Assembly (NCBI GenBank): GCA_038060895.1
Contig: JBBTCT010000015.1
Coordinates: 32,001-96,000 of the forward strand
Direction: 5' to 3'
DNA: 64,000 nt
Source: Planctomycetota bacterium
Lineage (GTDB): Bacteria > Planctomycetota > MHYJ01 > WSZJ01
The notes beneath the pieces were generated by a model, which had not been told where the DNA came from, did not search any database, and saw nothing but the letters and a program-made list of their open reading frames with translations. Positions 10,267 through 18,493 of the stretch are shown here, one piece after another (the stretch's first letter is position 1; each line of letters begins with the position of its first letter). The translations under genes and the position numbers were made by a program.

Positions 10267-11358
10267 TCAATCCCCGAACGAGATGCCGAGGTCCCGGGCC
10301 GTTTTCATCGAGTCGCAGTCGAGCGGGACGGCTTTCATCCGCTTCGTGGCTTCCTCCAGGGGAACGTAGCGCACCGAAGGCGGGTCGAGCGCGACCATGA
10401 TCCCGCTGTGGCCCTCCCCGAGCGCGCGGATGGCGGCGGCGCCGAAACGAAGCGCGATCAGGCGGTCGAAGGTCGTCGGCGTGCCGCCGCGGAGGAGGTG
10501 GCCCAGCACCACGACGCGCGTCTCCTTGCCGGTGAGGGCCTGAATCTCGGCCCCGATCTTCTCCCCGACTCCGCCGAGGCGCTCGGCGCGGCCGGCCTCT
10601 TTCGAAATCACGGAGAGGTCCCCGCCCTTCGGTTTGGCCCCCTCGGCAACCACCACGATGGAAAACGTATGCCCGGACTTCTCGCGATCGAGGATTTTCT
10701 CAGCGACCTTGTGCAGGTCATACGGGATCTCCGGGATCAGGATGGCATCGACGGTGCTCGAGATGCCCGTGTTGAGCGCGATCCACCCTGCATACCGCCC
10801 CATGACCTCGACGACCATGACCCGCCGGTGCGCCGCGGCGGTGGAGTGCAGCCGGTCCACGCATTCCGTCGCGAAGGAAACGGCCGTGTCGAACCCGAAC
10901 GTGATCACCGTTCCTTCCAGGTCGTTGTCGATCGTCTTCGGCACCCCGATCACGCGCACCCCCTTCTTCGAGAGGTGATTCGCGATCGTCAGCGACCCGT
11001 CCCCACCGATCGAAATCAGCGCGTCGAACCCGTGGCTGCGAAGCGCCCGCACCAGCTCGTCCGTCCGGTCGAGCTCCACCACCGTCCCGTCGGCGATTTT
11101 CGTGGGGTACTTCATCGGATTCCCGCGGTTCGTCGTCCCGATAATCGTCCCGCCGAGGTGCGTGATCCCACGGACGCGCTCGCGCGTCAGCGGTATCAGC
11201 CCTTCGCCGTGATAACGCTCGGGAAACAACAGTCCGTCGAATCCTTCACGGATCCCCCACGCTTCCCATCCGCGCTGAATCGCCGCCACCACCGCCGCGC
11301 GGATCACCGCGTTGAGCCCAGGCGCGTCGCCGCCTCCGGTTGAGATTGCGATTTTCAT
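10267..11358 (-). CDS. pfkA: 6-phosphofructokinase
   Basis: Motifs TGGGDAPGLN, GGDGS, PKTIDND, EVMGRYAGW, LGHLLRGG. Confidence 0.95.
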   Translation of the reverse strand: MKIAISTGGGDAPGLNAVIRAAVVAAIQRGWEAWGIREGFDGLLFPERYHGEGLIPLTRERVRGITHLGGTIIGTTNRGNPMKYPTKIADGTVVELDRTDELVRALRSHGFDALISIGGDGSLTIANHLSKKGVRVIGVPKTIDNDLEGTVITFGFDTAVSFATECVDRLHSTAAAHRRVMVVEVMGRYAGWIALNTGISSTVDAILIPEIPYDLHKVAEKILDREKSGHTFSIVVVAEGAKPKGGDLSVISKEAGRAERLGGVGEKIGAEIQALTGKETRVVVLGHLLRGGTPTTFDRLIALRFGAAAIRALGEGHSGIMVALDPPSVRYVPLEEATKRMKAVPLDCDSMKTARDLGISFGD

Positions 11359-11482
11359 GCTTTCTCCCTTACTTCCCGGTGAATCGGGCTGCGAACCCGG
11401 CGGGGTCGAACGTTTCGACTCGGCCACTCGAGAAGAGGATGCAGCGCTTCCCATCCGAGCCGCACTCGGAGCAGAACATCGG

Positions 11483-11743
11483 CTAGGACGGCTCCACGGT
11501 CTTGACGGCCTCCTGCAGCGCCGCCATCGCCTTCTCAGACCCGCCGGCCTCCGCGACGATCGAGCGGAACACTTCCCGCAACGCCTCCGCGCCCAGCACC
11601 GTGTCGTTGAGGAGCCGGTAAAGCGAAGCGTTCTCAAGCGGCACCGCGTAGAAGATGTCCTCGTACTGGGCCTTGTCCAGGACGAGCCGGTGCGCCCCGT
11701 GGACGATGGCGAAGCGGCCTTCCGCCGTTTTTTCTATGTTCAT
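11483..11743 (-). CDS. Hypothetical protein
   Basis: 86-aa ORF with a purine-rich upstream region and coding-like codon use. No motif recognised. Confidence 0.6.
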   Translation of the reverse strand: MNIEKTAEGRFAIVHGAHRLVLDKAQYEDIFYAVPLENASLYRLLNDTVLGAEALREVFRSIVAEAGGSEKAMAALQEAVKTVEPS

Positions 11744-11934
11744 CTCGTTTCCTTCATCGCCGGTCGAAGTGGCGGGTCCGGATCTTACCACTTGCCCTGC
11801 CGTGGGAAGGGGCCGCGACGTTCGCGATAAAACAGGGCTGTAATTCCTTGTTGGGCAGATTCGGGCGCCGATATCCTCCCTGCGACGGGAATTGCTTCAG
11901 TCGTCCACCTGAGCCTCACTTGGGAGATCGGTCG

Positions 11935-12237
11935 ATGAGAACCTGTCTTGTCCTCGCAGCCTTTGCATTCCTGTTCGCGACAGGCTGCTCCACGACGGTC
12001 GTGGAAAACGACGGCGACGAAGTTGAAGAGAACGACGGAGAAGCGCACGACGCGGACAGCGGTGATGTGTGGGACGGGACGCGCTGGGTCGTCATCGGCG
12101 GCGGGCACCGCCATCACAACGGCTGCGGCCATCACTTCCATCACGGCGTCTGGAATCACCATCCTGCGAACCACGTGTTCGTCGGCAATCACCACCATTT
12201 CAGAGTCCGGGTCGTCCACCGCAGGCGGAGGCACTAG
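11935..12237 (+). CDS. Small lipoprotein with an acidic segment and His-rich C-terminus
   Basis: SD GGGAG, lipobox ATGC, then ENDGDEVEENDGE and HRHHNGCGHHFHH...HHHF...HRRRRH. Confidence 0.75.
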   Translation: MRTCLVLAAFAFLFATGCSTTVVENDGDEVEENDGEAHDADSGDVWDGTRWVVIGGGHRHHNGCGHHFHHGVWNHHPANHVFVGNHHHFRVRVVHRRRRH

Positions 12238-12304
12238 AGCCTGCGGGCGCTGAGTTGAACCTCCGGCGGGCGGCGCGACGTGGCGCCGTCCGTCGAGGAG
12301 CGCC

Positions 12305-14257
12305 TCAGGATTCGCATCGTCCCCCGAGGATTTCCGCGAGGAATTTCTCGGCGCGGCGGTAGAAATCGAGCCGGTTCGCCGGCCGCGCGAACCCGTGGCC
12401 CTCGTTTTCATAGACCGCGTACTCGACCTTGAGACCCTTTGATTCCATCGCCTTGACGAACTGGTCGCTTTCGGCCCGTTTGACCCGGGGATCGTTCGCA
12501 CCCTGCGCGATCAGCATCGGGGAGCGGACGTTCTGCACATGGAAGAGCGGGCTGCGTCCCCGCAGGAATTCAATTTCAGCCTTCTCTTCGACCGTCTGGT
12601 CGGCCGGGTCCTTGGGCTGGCCCGCGCGCTTGCCGCCGTCGTAGCGGGGAATGCGCCCGACCCTGTCGTCAAGCTGGCGCCGGGCGCTCGTCCAGTACGG
12701 CGGGATCGTGTTGAGAAACGTCTCCAGGCTGCTCGGGCCGACGAGGCTGACGCCACCGGCGTACAGCTCCGGAGTGAAGGTCATGCCGCAGAGCGTGGCG
12801 AACCCACCGTAACTCCCGCCGTAGATGACGACACGCGCCGGATCCGCGACGCCCTGCCGGACGGCCCAGGCCACGGCGTCGCTCAAGTCGTTGAGCATCG
12901 CCCCGCCCCACTCCCGGTCCCCGGCGTTCAGAAACGCCTTGCCGTAGCTCGTGCTCCCCCGGTAGTTGACCTGCAGGCACGCGTATCCCCGGTTGGCCAG
13001 CCACTGCGCTTCCGCGTGATACCCCCAGCTGTCCCGAGTCCACGGCCCCCCGTGGACGTTGAGGACCATCGGGCCCGGCCCTTGCCAGTCGTTGGGAAGC
13101 GTGAGGTAGCCGTGCACGAGAAGGCCGTCGCGCGAATCGAATCGCACGGGGGTCATGGAAGCGAGCGAGTAGTCGAGAAGTTCGGGGCGGTGATGGAAGA
13201 GGAGGCGGGCTTCTGCCTTGTCGCGATCGTAGTCGTACCAGGCCATGGGTCCGTCGTCCGCCGCGAATTCGACGAGCCAGCGGCGGTTGTCGAGAGTGCG
13301 GCTGATCACCCCCATGTTGCCGCGAGCGACGTCGCGGAGCCGCGCGAAGTCGGCTGCGACGGCCGGGTCGATGACCTCCCAGTCCAACCGCTCGCGATTG
13401 AATGCCACGGCCTCGATGGTGTGCGCGGTCGGGTGCCGCTGAGCGCCGTAGAGATCCCACGCCGGATCGGCCGCCATGACTCGGGACTCCCCGCCGGACA
13501 GCCGGATTTCGACCAGCGCCGCCGTGTTGCGCCCACGGCTGTCCCGCAGAAGCAGGCCTTCGTTGTCGGGAGTGAATCCGATCACGCCGCTCGTGAAGAA
13601 GTCCTCGGCCGAAAGACGGAACAACTCGCGAAGCAGGCCACCCCCGGCGTCGCGGACCAGCACGGCGCCTCCGCCATCGGGCAACGCCTCGATGCGCCCC
13701 CGCACGCGCAGGTCGTTGTCGATCAGCCACACCAGGAGAAGCGGGCCAGCCTCTTCGACGAGTTCGAGCGAACCCGTCCGGACGTTCAGCCGCCACGCGT
13801 CGTGCTGGCGAACGTCGCGGCGGTTCAGCCCGATCATCACTTCGTCGGGCCGCCTCGGGCGCGCGGCCAGGATCCGCGCCTGGATCTTGTGCCCGGCTTC
13901 CCTGTCGTCCGGCGTCAGCGCCCGCGTCTCGCCGCCGGCAATATCCACTGCGAACAGGCGATGGTTCTCGTCGCCATCGCGGTCCTGCGTGTAGAGGACC
14001 TGCGCTCCGTTGAACGCCCACGAGTAGTTGAAAACGCCGCGCCCGCGATCCGCCGTCAGCGGCCGGTCGTCCTGGGCCCCCACCGTCCGCATCCAGAGAT
14101 TGAGCACTCCGTCCGAAGGCGCGACCCACGTGAGGTAACGCCCGTCCGGCGACAGGCTCGGCGAAGCATTCCGCGCGTTGCCGAAGAGCACGGTTCGCGG
14201 AATGAGCGAACTGCTGTTCTTCGTGGCGGGGAGTCCGGGCGCAGGAGAGGGGCTCAC
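12305..14257 (-). CDS. S9 family (prolyl oligopeptidase/acylaminoacyl) peptidase
   Basis: Motifs VHGGPW, NYRGS, GGSYGG, DPRV, EGHGF. Start placed at a GTG 8 nt after a TAGGAT box; ATG 14290 is an alternative. Confidence 0.92.
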   Translation of the reverse strand: MSPSPAPGLPATKNSSSLIPRTVLFGNARNASPSLSPDGRYLTWVAPSDGVLNLWMRTVGAQDDRPLTADRGRGVFNYSWAFNGAQVLYTQDRDGDENHRLFAVDIAGGETRALTPDDREAGHKIQARILAARPRRPDEVMIGLNRRDVRQHDAWRLNVRTGSLELVEEAGPLLLVWLIDNDLRVRGRIEALPDGGGAVLVRDAGGGLLRELFRLSAEDFFTSGVIGFTPDNEGLLLRDSRGRNTAALVEIRLSGGESRVMAADPAWDLYGAQRHPTAHTIEAVAFNRERLDWEVIDPAVAADFARLRDVARGNMGVISRTLDNRRWLVEFAADDGPMAWYDYDRDKAEARLLFHHRPELLDYSLASMTPVRFDSRDGLLVHGYLTLPNDWQGPGPMVLNVHGGPWTRDSWGYHAEAQWLANRGYACLQVNYRGSTSYGKAFLNAGDREWGGAMLNDLSDAVAWAVRQGVADPARVVIYGGSYGGFATLCGMTFTPELYAGGVSLVGPSSLETFLNTIPPYWTSARRQLDDRVGRIPRYDGGKRAGQPKDPADQTVEEKAEIEFLRGRSPLFHVQNVRSPMLIAQGANDPRVKRAESDQFVKAMESKGLKVEYAVYENEGHGFARPANRLDFYRRAEKFLAEILGGRCES

Positions 14258-14294
14258 GGACACGCATCCTAACGATTCCGGAAGCGGCATCCGG

Positions 14295-14852
14295 CTATTC
14301 CTTCGGTCCACGGAGCCCCATGAACGCGAACGCAAGGGTCAGCGGGATGGCCAGAGCCAGGAAGAACGCGTTCCACCGCGGCCCGTCAAACTCGGTCATC
14401 GCTTCGACGAGCAACTGGATTTCGCCCGTGAGCACCCACGCCACCGCCTGCGCGTACAGGATCAGGCCGACGCCGCCCGCGGTCGCGGCAGTCATCACGA
14501 CGCCCATCGACATGAGAATGACGCACAGGACGAAGCAGCCGCCGGCCAGTGCGAGCACGATGAGAGAAGCGACAAGCGTCTTCGGGCGGAACAGGCCAGG
14601 AAAGCGCGCGGCGAAGCGTTCCAGGCGCGTTTCGGGCTCCTGTTCGGCTTCAGCGGCGGCCGGCGTCGGCGGCGCGACGTTCTCTCCGGTCTGCAGATTC
14701 AGCCCGCAGCGAACGCACAACACGGTGTCCGCAGGCCAGTTCACCGCGCAATTCGGGCATAGAACCGGCCCGGCGGCGGCTCGGCCGCCGACGCTTCCAG
14801 CGTTTTCGGCGGGCGGGAGGAGCGGAGCCGGCTCGACTGGATCCATGACCAT
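14295..14852 (-). CDS. Membrane protein with N-terminal zinc ribbon
   Basis: CPNC..CVRCG followed by about 3 hydrophobic segments. Confidence 0.7.
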   Translation of the reverse strand: MVMDPVEPAPLLPPAENAGSVGGRAAAGPVLCPNCAVNWPADTVLCVRCGLNLQTGENVAPPTPAAAEAEQEPETRLERFAARFPGLFRPKTLVASLIVLALAGGCFVLCVILMSMGVVMTAATAGGVGLILYAQAVAWVLTGEIQLLVEAMTEFDGPRWNAFFLALAIPLTLAFAFMGLRGPKE

Positions 14853-14919
14853 CCCCGACTGAAAGTGACTCCTGCCTGTATCCCGGATTTGCGGCTTGTC
14901 TTGAGGATTGAACCGGAAT

Positions 14920-15351
14920 CTAGCGAAGGTGCTTCCAGCGTTCCTTCACGCGCAGCCGGGAATTGCCAGCTGGGACAGCCGGCATTTGCGCAACCGGGTT
15001 CAGCGACAGCTTCGCGGCGCGGGCGGCTTGAAGCGCTTCGAGCAGTTCCGGCAGGCCGCGTTCCCACCGCCGCCCGAGCGGGATCTCGATCAGCCAACCG
15101 GCCCGTTCCGCCCGCCGGACCGTGTCCGCGGCGACGGCCCAGACGCCTTCCCCGGGAGCGCGAGTTCCCTTCCACTCCGGATCGACGATGAACGCCATCC
15201 ACGCTTTCGTGTTCGAGGGAGGCGACACCGAACGAAGCGCCCACATTTCGTCAAACCAGTCTTCCCGTCCGTGCTCGACGAACTCCCGGCGCCACCCGTT
15301 CGACGCGAGCGACTTGAGAATCCTGACTTCCATCTGCCGGCGGGTGCCCAC
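14920..15351 (-). CDS. Hypothetical Trp-rich protein
   Basis: SD AAGGAGG before GTG. No family recognised. Confidence 0.6.
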   Translation of the reverse strand: MGTRRQMEVRILKSLASNGWRREFVEHGREDWFDEMWALRSVSPPSNTKAWMAFIVDPEWKGTRAPGEGVWAVAADTVRRAERAGWLIEIPLGRRWERGLPELLEALQAARAAKLSLNPVAQMPAVPAGNSRLRVKERWKHLR

Positions 15352-15378
15352 GGGGTTCCTCCTTGAACTGAAGCGAGT

Positions 15379-16173
15379 CTACTCCAGCCGGAACCGTGCG
15401 GCGATGCGATCCACGACGTCGTCGCTCGCTTCCTCGTCCCAGTTGAAGTAGTACTCGTCCGAGACGAAGTCGCCGGGGACGCCGGCCTTCGCCAACGCTG
15501 CTTCCATTTCGACAAGCATCGCGCCGTTGCCGACGAGGTGGAAGTGCGTCTCGCGCGGACGGTGAATCAGCGGCGGCACGCTCTCCCCGAGGCGGCCGCG
15601 GAGCCCGGTCCAGGCTGATTCGGGGCGCGACAGGGTCGGCGCCCACTTGAAGTTGGAGTACGCGGCCGACAGCGCGTCGAGTTCCGCGCGAGGGCCGACG
15701 TCCTGCTCCTCGCGGAAGCCCACGAAAAGCGACAGCGGCCGCATTTCGAGGCCGTTCTCGAGCACGTACCGGAAGTACCCGAAGAGCGGTCCGACGCCCG
15801 TGCCGGTCGCCAGCCCGACCACCTGCCGTGCCCGGGAATTGACTTCGCGCCGGATCGGGTTGTGGTGGACGCCCGAGAATTCGACGAAACCGTCGGGGCC
15901 AAGCGCGGCGAGCCGGGGCGTCATGCGTCCCGTCGGGATCACGCGGTAAATGACGCTGAACGTCCGCGCCGACGCGTCGGCCCACGTCACCGTGTAGGCG
16001 TGCTTCAGCGCCGTACCGCCCTCGCCAATCCTGAGGGCCAGCACGTTCCCCGGCTCGTACGGGACCGGGTGCTCATCCTCCGCCCGGAGCGTGATCCAGC
16101 GCGAGCCCCGGGCGAACTCCCGGTTCGAGAGGACGGTCGCACGGCGCCACAGATTGGTCCAGTCGTTCGGCAT
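15379..16173 (-). CDS. FAD/NAD(P)-binding oxidoreductase (ferredoxin-reductase-like)
   Basis: HAYTV (RxY[ST]-like), GRMTPRL, ATGTGVGP, LVGNGAM. Confidence 0.85.
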   Translation of the reverse strand: MPNDWTNLWRRATVLSNREFARGSRWITLRAEDEHPVPYEPGNVLALRIGEGGTALKHAYTVTWADASARTFSVIYRVIPTGRMTPRLAALGPDGFVEFSGVHHNPIRREVNSRARQVVGLATGTGVGPLFGYFRYVLENGLEMRPLSLFVGFREEQDVGPRAELDALSAAYSNFKWAPTLSRPESAWTGLRGRLGESVPPLIHRPRETHFHLVGNGAMLVEMEAALAKAGVPGDFVSDEYYFNWDEEASDDVVDRIAARFRLE

Positions 16174-16194
16174 GCCGGGAATGAAGTCTACGCT

Positions 16195-16791
16195 CTACCC
16201 CAGCAGGGCCTCCAGTTCCCGTTTTGCGTCCTCCATGGTCGGGTCGAGTCGGAGCGCTTCCTGAAAATCCTTTACCGCCCCGGCGAGGTCCCCCTGATAG
16301 GAGCGGACGAGCCCGCAGTGGAACCGGGGACGCGCGTAGAGGGGAGACAGCAGGATCGCTTCGTCGAAAGCCTGAAGCGCGCCGATGAAATCGCGGTATC
16401 TCAGGAGCTGGAGCCCGCGATTGTTCCAGGCTGCGGAGTTGTCGCCGGACGCGTCGAGGGCGGCAAGGATGTCTCCGAGGGCGCCTTCCTCGTCGCCGCT
16501 CAACTCGCGCGCGACGCCGCGGTTGTTCCAGGCCGGTGAGTAGGTGGGAAGGAGATCGATCGCCTTCGTAAACTCCGCGATGCTGGCGGCCCATTCACCC
16601 CGGCGGAGGCTCTCGACGCCTGCGTTGAAATGACGTCCCGCCGGCCCGATGTTCTTCGACTCGGCGTCGTTGGCGTCCAGGGACGATTCCTCCCGCTCCA
16701 GGGGAGTCTCGGTGAAGCGCTTCAGGATGGGCGGGGTCTTTGTCGAGAGTTCCTGCCCTTCGGGCACAACGACGATCGGTTCCGTTTCCAT
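16195..16791 (-). CDS. Tetratricopeptide repeat protein
   Basis: Repeated AWNNRG / A..L.P TPR units. SD GAGGGAG precedes ATG 16791. Confidence 0.88.
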   Translation of the reverse strand: METEPIVVVPEGQELSTKTPPILKRFTETPLEREESSLDANDAESKNIGPAGRHFNAGVESLRRGEWAASIAEFTKAIDLLPTYSPAWNNRGVARELSGDEEGALGDILAALDASGDNSAAWNNRGLQLLRYRDFIGALQAFDEAILLSPLYARPRFHCGLVRSYQGDLAGAVKDFQEALRLDPTMEDAKRELEALLG

Positions 16792-17078
16792 GTCGGTCTC
16801 CCTCAGTTTCATGGAAAGGCGGTAAGCAATCGAGGTGCCCCGGACGCGCGGGACTTCCCGGTTTCGACACTAGGGGAAAGGCCGGGGTAACGCGACCGGC
16901 AGCCGGGGGAAGAGCCGCAAGCGCCCCAATCCGGGGCTCCGCTTCGAGATTCCACGCCTCCCCACGGGAAATTCTTACGGCGGCTCGCGGGTCAATTTGA
17001 CGCGGGGCAGCTTTCGGGAGGATCATTTCGACCCGGCACGGCCCCGGTTTCCCGGAAGCCATGCCGGCCACGAAGTCG

Positions 17079-17327
17079 CTACTCCCTGAAAAAAGTGGTT
17101 CCGCAGCTCGCCATCGAAGCGGCCGGAGGGCATGCAGCACTTCTTGAAAACGCCTCCCGGACCCGCAGGGGCAGAGGTCGTTCCTGCCCAGTTTCTCGAA
17201 GAGCTCCTTGTCGCCGTGCACGACGCGGCGGCCCTTCTTCACGTGGGTCTCGGAAGGGAAGCCTCGGCGGCGCTTACTGGTCGGCTTGCGGAAAGCAGCG
17301 TTCGTCGTCGTTGGGGATGAGTGCCAT
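17079..17327 (-). CDS. SEC-C motif small protein encoded across three +1 frame transitions (putative programmed frameshifting)
   Basis: SD AGAGGAGG plus ATG 17327. Skipping one base at each TTT-C gives [81 protein letters not shown] (81 aa) with a complete SEC-C motif. Confidence 0.75.
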
Positions 17328-17423
17328 ACGGACCTCCTCTCAAAAGGAAAGGCGCGTCAAGCGCGGCGTCTTGATCGTGATTCCCGTCGAAAGGTTCAGG
17401 GATGGCGGCGGGGCAGCCCGGAA

Positions 17424-17720
17424 TCAGAGAAGCATGAGTTCGACGCCGTCGTCCGCTTCGCCGCCGCCGACTCCGTGCGCGCGGATGATCTCCACGATCG
17501 TCTCGAACCTGGGGAGCGTCCGCCGCGAACGGCCCGAGTGCGTCCATCGCAGGACGAATCCGCCCTTGGGCGTGCCGAAACCCCCGCGCAGGATGTCGTT
17601 GAACGCGTCGAGGTTGCGGCCCCACTTTGCGCCGGGGATGAGCACCCGGGAGATTTCGTCGTAGAACTCCTCAAGAGTTCCGAAGCGAGTGCCGTCGAAT
17701 TCCAGAACGGGTTTTGCCAT
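17424..17720 (-). CDS. Barstar-family ribonuclease inhibitor
   Basis: Barstar signature LEEFYDEISRVL..WGRNLDAFNDIL...VLRW. Confidence 0.85.
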   Translation of the reverse strand: MAKPVLEFDGTRFGTLEEFYDEISRVLIPGAKWGRNLDAFNDILRGGFGTPKGGFVLRWTHSGRSRRTLPRFETIVEIIRAHGVGGGEADDGVELMLL

Positions 17721-17800
17721 GGGGTGAGGAGAAGATATCACGGCCTCGAGATCAACGTCGTTTTGGGTCCCGTCGCCACGCAAGGTGTCCGCAAGCGGTC

Positions 17801-17832
17801 TGTATCCAAATGTGTATATAATTCTGTATACT
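17801..17832 (+). promoter_or_regulatory. TA operon promoter/operator
   Basis: TGTAT at 17801, 17813 and 17825 (exact 12-bp period), overlapping TATAAT (17817-17822) and TATACT (17827-17832). Confidence 0.6.
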
Positions 17833-17859
17833 TGCCAGTGACACCTGAAGGAGGAGTTC

Positions 17860-18105
17860 ATGAGCTTGACCGTCCGCATCCATTCGACAACTCACATCGC
17901 GCTCAAGGGTCTCTCGAAGGCAACCGGCAAGTCCATGCAGGATGTCCTGTCGCTGGCCATTGATGAATTTCGTCGGAAGTGGATGCTGGCGGCGACGGCG
18001 GAAGCCTTGAGTGAGTTGCGAAAGGACCCCAAGGCCTGGAATCAACTGATGGCGGAGCAGAAAGTGTGGGAGGGAACTCTCGCCGACGGACTTGAGCGGG
18101 AATGA
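17860..18105 (+). CDS. Ribbon-helix-helix-type antitoxin
   Basis: N-terminal TVRI strand plus helices, C-terminal WEGTLADGL. ATGA overlap with the toxin gene. Confidence 0.85.
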   Translation: MSLTVRIHSTTHIALKGLSKATGKSMQDVLSLAIDEFRRKWMLAATAEALSELRKDPKAWNQLMAEQKVWEGTLADGLERE

Positions 18106-18461
18106 AGACCTCCATTCCGCGTCGAGGTGAAGTCTGGCGACTCGATTTCGATCCTGCTCAAGGCCACGAGCAGGCGGGCTTGCGACCCGCCCTCATCGTG
18201 TCGGATGATGACTTCAACCGTTTGCCCTGGCGGCTTTGCGTGGTTCTCCCTCTGTCAACGACACTCCGCTTGTTTTCGCTTCATGTAACGATCCATCCCC
18301 CCGAGGGCGGGTGTCGACAGCCGAGCGTCATCATGTGCCAGCACCTGCGCTCGGTCAGTCTCGACAGGTTGGACAAAAGGCTCGGGACGGTTACGGACGC
18401 GACTCTCGCGGAAGTGGACTTCAGGCTGAAGTCGATCCTGGCGCTGGCGGGGCGGGCCTGA
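18102..18461 (+). CDS. mazF: PemK/MazF family endoribonuclease toxin
   Basis: RRGEVW..FDPAQGHEQAGLRPALIVS..FN, QHLRSVSLDRL. Confidence 0.93.
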   Translation: MKTSIPRRGEVWRLDFDPAQGHEQAGLRPALIVSDDDFNRLPWRLCVVLPLSTTLRLFSLHVTIHPPEGGCRQPSVIMCQHLRSVSLDRLDKRLGTVTDATLAEVDFRLKSILALAGRA

Positions 18462-18493
18462 AAGAGGCGGCTGCCTCGCAACTCTCTGCGGAT

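Noticed and set aside
16595-17242. 215-aa track ORF starting [12 protein letters not shown]
   Set aside because: Only the first 32 or so residues look real. The SEC-C motif breaks at RRF-QEV, and the rest overlaps the TPR gene out of frame. The frameshifted mini-gene explains it better.
11400-18461. Integron cassette array or prophage/IS island
   Set aside because: No attC-like RYYYAAC..GTTRRRY sites, integrase, transposase or phage genes were seen.
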